A stretch of DNA of 20,000 nt from an uncultured virus (IMG/VR IMGVR_UViG_3300028373_000196) (Duplodnaviria > Heunggongvirae > Uroviricota > Caudoviricetes): IMG/VR virus record IMGVR_UViG_3300028373_000196; one strand, 5' to 3'. The translations under genes were made by a program, and so were the position numbers. The notes below the pieces were generated by a model that was not told where the DNA came from, made no database searches, and worked only from the letters and a program-made list of their open reading frames with translations. Below, one piece after another: positions 18,401 to 20,000 of this stretch. The first letter of the stretch is position 1; the number at the start of each line of letters is the position of its first letter.

Positions 18401-18690
18401 ACAGGACAGGATATACACTAGATTATATTGCTAAACAGAATAATTGGCCGTTACCAGATATGATTAAGTTAGATGTTCAAGGAGCCGAATTGGATGTACT
18501 CAGAGGTAGTACTTGTGTGTTGGCTAATGTTACTGACATTATCCTTGAAGCGCAGCACGTAGATTATAACAAAGGGGCGCCGAAATCACCTGAAGTAATT
18601 GAATACCTGCAATCAATTGGATTTGAATTAGTTTCTAATTTTATTAATACCGATGTCGATGGAGATTATCATTTTAAAAAGTCTATTTAA
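15457..18690 (+). CDS. Four-domain glycosyltransferase/methyltransferase (GT4-like, GT2, second GT-A, FkbM-like)
   Basis: GT-B: GLGGSESAV, LWMHD, FPETFGISSLE (~15457-16600). GT2: VVVVSPVRNA, TDDNSND, LLDGDDWL (~16720-17420). GT-A: ILIGIPT, FSVDSD, GCGMGCVLI, SEDIYFC, C.HIG (~17443-18035). FkbM: VIYDIGA, TLD, PDMIKLDVQGAELDVLRG (~18090-18690). ATG15457 (MKIAIVD) is preferred over TTG15442. Confidence 0.88.
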   Translation: MKIAIVDTLGLAYDGDTLTVRGLGGSESAVILISKELSNLGFDVTVYNNCLDSRASPGNYNGVTYIDHSQHCPTVEYDIFISSRTTLPFRTSNKYEKIAMLAKKRILWMHDTFCEGDSDLEAMLVHGYIDEVFTLSDFHSWYVTSCDHGNKRNFEMLKHKFFQTRNGAVKHIPFVNINAKDPMHFVYNASATKGLIPLVNNIWPNIKIALPSAHLTCIGGFYRHRDNAQPDAQELMVNKLIELAPNGVTFTGVIPQFEIAEILANASMMLYPTAFPETFGISSLESLLYNTPIITNTFGALEETAIDTACYKIPYSSTNNALFNNINETEQAMKFVKTVVDAVRNPYLLQQKQNYCNVVDDVYSWRTVAIQWKQHFYNILGEFLDVETYHQADEINQSVTRIYGRRFNNKEDRKKYISYNHQRNVVVVSPVRNAQDYIRNHCLSVWTQDYTNWQHYITDDNSNDDTTKIIQEELAKQPQEIQDRVTVTLNDHRKGAANNQVDVFNIAADDDIIMLLDGDDWLVNNPTIFHMYNNLYSKGHDFTYGSMQSLADDIPLIAQDYPPDVIQDKTYRSCKFNWGIPYTHLRTVSGKLARKFDTSVVKDSSGEFMKSGADNPMFYKMIEDSTNPKAIKEIIVNYNDINPLNDYKVNAVEQTLNSERSYMTNKKILIGIPTNKYIEPETMKSVYDLIVPDGYETEFQFFYGYQIDQIRNLIGKWAKNYDYLFSVDSDIVLQPDTLVKMLKADKDVISGLYIQRIPDTHTLEVYMDSGNGGCTNIPITAIQGKGIVEIAGCGMGCVLINSNVFRQLEYPHFYYQSALDHKDTISEDIYFCKKARAHGFTIWADESIRCDHIGNTKFVVTSDKEEIPHLQSVADRDLLPALHVEYLKKINSNPKVIYDIGACVLHWTRHASSIWPEAEFCLVDATMSVQPFLETSGHKWKIAVLSDSDNKEVEFYENSNDPGGNSYYLENTEAYNNSHKTNRTGYTLDYIAKQNNWPLPDMIKLDVQGAELDVLRGSTCVLANVTDIILEAQHVDYNKGAPKSPEVIEYLQSIGFELVSNFINTDVDGDYHFKKSI

Positions 18691-18703
18691 AATATAACTA
18701 TTT

Positions 18704-19138
18704 TTAAGAAATTAAGTCAATTAACTTAAACACAGTTTCGAGTTTCTGTTTGTTAGTCTTGCTTCTTAGTGTGTTAGCAAGTCCTTGGTGAAGCGGCTTT
18801 GGCCACTTTCCAAAAGTAACCCATGCATACCCGTCATGTTCGTCATTTAGTACAGGAATGAACTCGTGGTTTGTTACACACAAGTATGTATGAAAGCTAA
18901 AATGTTCGTCGTTGCTAACAAATGTTTCTAAGGGAATAGTTTTCTTAATGTCTGGAATAGTTCCAATTTCTTCTTGAATTTCTCTTCGCAGACCTTCCCA
19001 CGGAGTTTCTTTTTCCTCGTTGGTGCCACCAACTAGCCCCCAAACATTATTTTGTTTACTTTGAGTTCTGTGGAGTAATAAAAATCTATTGGTGTCTAAT
19101 GTGTAGAACAGGGCACCAGAGCATACAATCTTTTTCAT
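18704..19138 (-). CDS. NUDIX hydrolase
   Basis: Nudix box GG-TNEEK-E-TPWEGLR-REIQEEIG; N-terminal GALFY....RFLLL.R; later L.DEH.GYAW. Confidence 0.9.
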   Translation of the reverse strand: MKKIVCSGALFYTLDTNRFLLLHRTQSKQNNVWGLVGGTNEEKETPWEGLRREIQEEIGTIPDIKKTIPLETFVSNDEHFSFHTYLCVTNHEFIPVLNDEHDGYAWVTFGKWPKPLHQGLANTLRSKTNKQKLETVFKLIDLIS

Positions 19139-19146
19139 ACTAATAG

Positions 19147-19998
19147 TTAGCCATCTAAGTACAGCATCCAGGTTCCTCCTGAATATTCGCCTTCAAAGGA
19201 TTTAATCCATCCCTTGGGTGTCCACTTGTACTGTACGCCAGTATTGAGGTTGCTGGTGTATATTGTATCAGTTGCAGTACTTGCATCAAAAATAACGGAC
19301 CACTGTGTTCCACTCCATTCGATAATATCACCTTCGTCTGCTACAAAGTCTGTGTTGTCGGCGTTCTTCCATGCGTCGGCACCATCTGTGTTTATAGTGT
19401 TGCCGATGTTGTCGAGTATTAGTAATCTCAATCCTGGAACCAGTCTGTCAACAGGACTCCATCTCAACGGGTCAATAATAAAATCAACTGTTGTCCAACT
19501 TGATGGATTTCTTGCTGGGCCTTCTAGCACAGTATTTGACGGGATAGTGTCGGTATCCCACGAAATGTTTAATATTGTTTCGTCATTGCTGTCAATGGTA
19601 ACATAGCCGATTATATACAGTCCTTGCTCGGCCTTTTTAATTCTAATTTGGCTGATAGTTGCCTGATATGTTCCAGGCTGCACATCCATCAACGACTTCC
19701 ATGACACTGTTCCTATGACAGTTCCTTTGACAAGCTTGGCAGTGTTGTTTATTACATATATTCCATAGTCTTTATATGTTGTACTTAACACAAGTGACGC
19801 GCCAGGTCCGGCGGCAAGGCTACGCCGGGTTTTGATATCAACTAGTCCGCTGCCAACATTAGGAAATTCTTCCTTGTCAACAGTAGGCGTATTGTTTCCG
19901 GTACTGTCTGATACACTTGATTTTTCCGTCAAACCCGGCGAACTAAACCTAGGTGTGTCAAGGTCAAGGTCAAGGTCAGGGGCGAGGTCAAGGTCAAG
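19147..19998 (-). CDS. Phage structural protein C-terminal region (possibly an extended tail-completion protein); 5'-truncated
   Basis: The minus frame is open to the window edge (...LDLDLAPDLDLDLDTPRFSSPGLTEKS). C-terminal IIDP...G.RLLIL..IG....DGADAWKN.D..DFVA...DIIEW.G..W...FDAS recalls proteins upstream of NUDIX genes in jumbo myoviruses. The function is not confirmable from the window. Confidence 0.55.
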   Translation of the reverse strand, partial: LDLDLAPDLDLDLDTPRFSSPGLTEKSSVSDSTGNNTPTVDKEEFPNVGSGLVDIKTRRSLAAGPGASLVLSTTYKDYGIYVINNTAKLVKGTVIGTVSWKSLMDVQPGTYQATISQIRIKKAEQGLYIIGYVTIDSNDETILNISWDTDTIPSNTVLEGPARNPSSWTTVDFIIDPLRWSPVDRLVPGLRLLILDNIGNTINTDGADAWKNADNTDFVADEGDIIEWSGTQWSVIFDASTATDTIYTSNLNTGVQYKWTPKGWIKSFEGEYSGGTWMLYLDG

Positions 19999-20000
19999 GT
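19957..20000. repeat. Hexanucleotide microsatellite (AGGTCA)n encoding (Asp-Leu)n on the minus strand
   Basis: gtca-aggtca x3-ggggcg-aggtca x2-aggt, running off the window edge. Confidence 0.9.

Noticed and set aside
18691..18703. Bidirectional terminator between convergent genes
   Set aside because: The gap is only 13 nt and no GC-rich hairpin is visible.
1..20000. Stop-codon reassignment, tRNA/rRNA genes, integrase or transposase
   Set aside because: Genes are long and densely packed under the standard code, and no RNA-gene or mobile-element signatures were recognised.

Overview
AT-rich segment of a large T4-like (probably aquatic or jumbo) myovirus genome. 1-10977 is a tail/virion module: the 3' part of a giant repeat protein whose ~140-160 aa units carry a C-x-R-D motif strongly resembling the bilin-binding helix of phycobiliproteins, a small conserved partner gene, an almost proline-free collagen-like fibre ending in a peptidase-S74-type intramolecular chaperone, and three 7-bladed FG-GAP beta-propeller genes (21 near-identical ~156-nt repeats with shuffled variable segments) around a tail-fibre-assembly-like gene. 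11064-18690 is a glycan-modification cluster: nucleotidyltransferase-cupin, GH130-like propeller, TPR-FkbM methyltransferase, GT2, and a four-domain GT4-GT2-GT-A-FkbM enzyme, interrupted by a chimeric deletion scar at ~11843-12164. 18704-20000 holds a convergent NUDIX hydrolase and a 5'-truncated structural gene on the minus strand. TATAAATA late-promoter boxes and a consensus sigma70 promoter positioned for a leaderless mRNA are visible. All product calls come from motif recognition by eye, not database searches.
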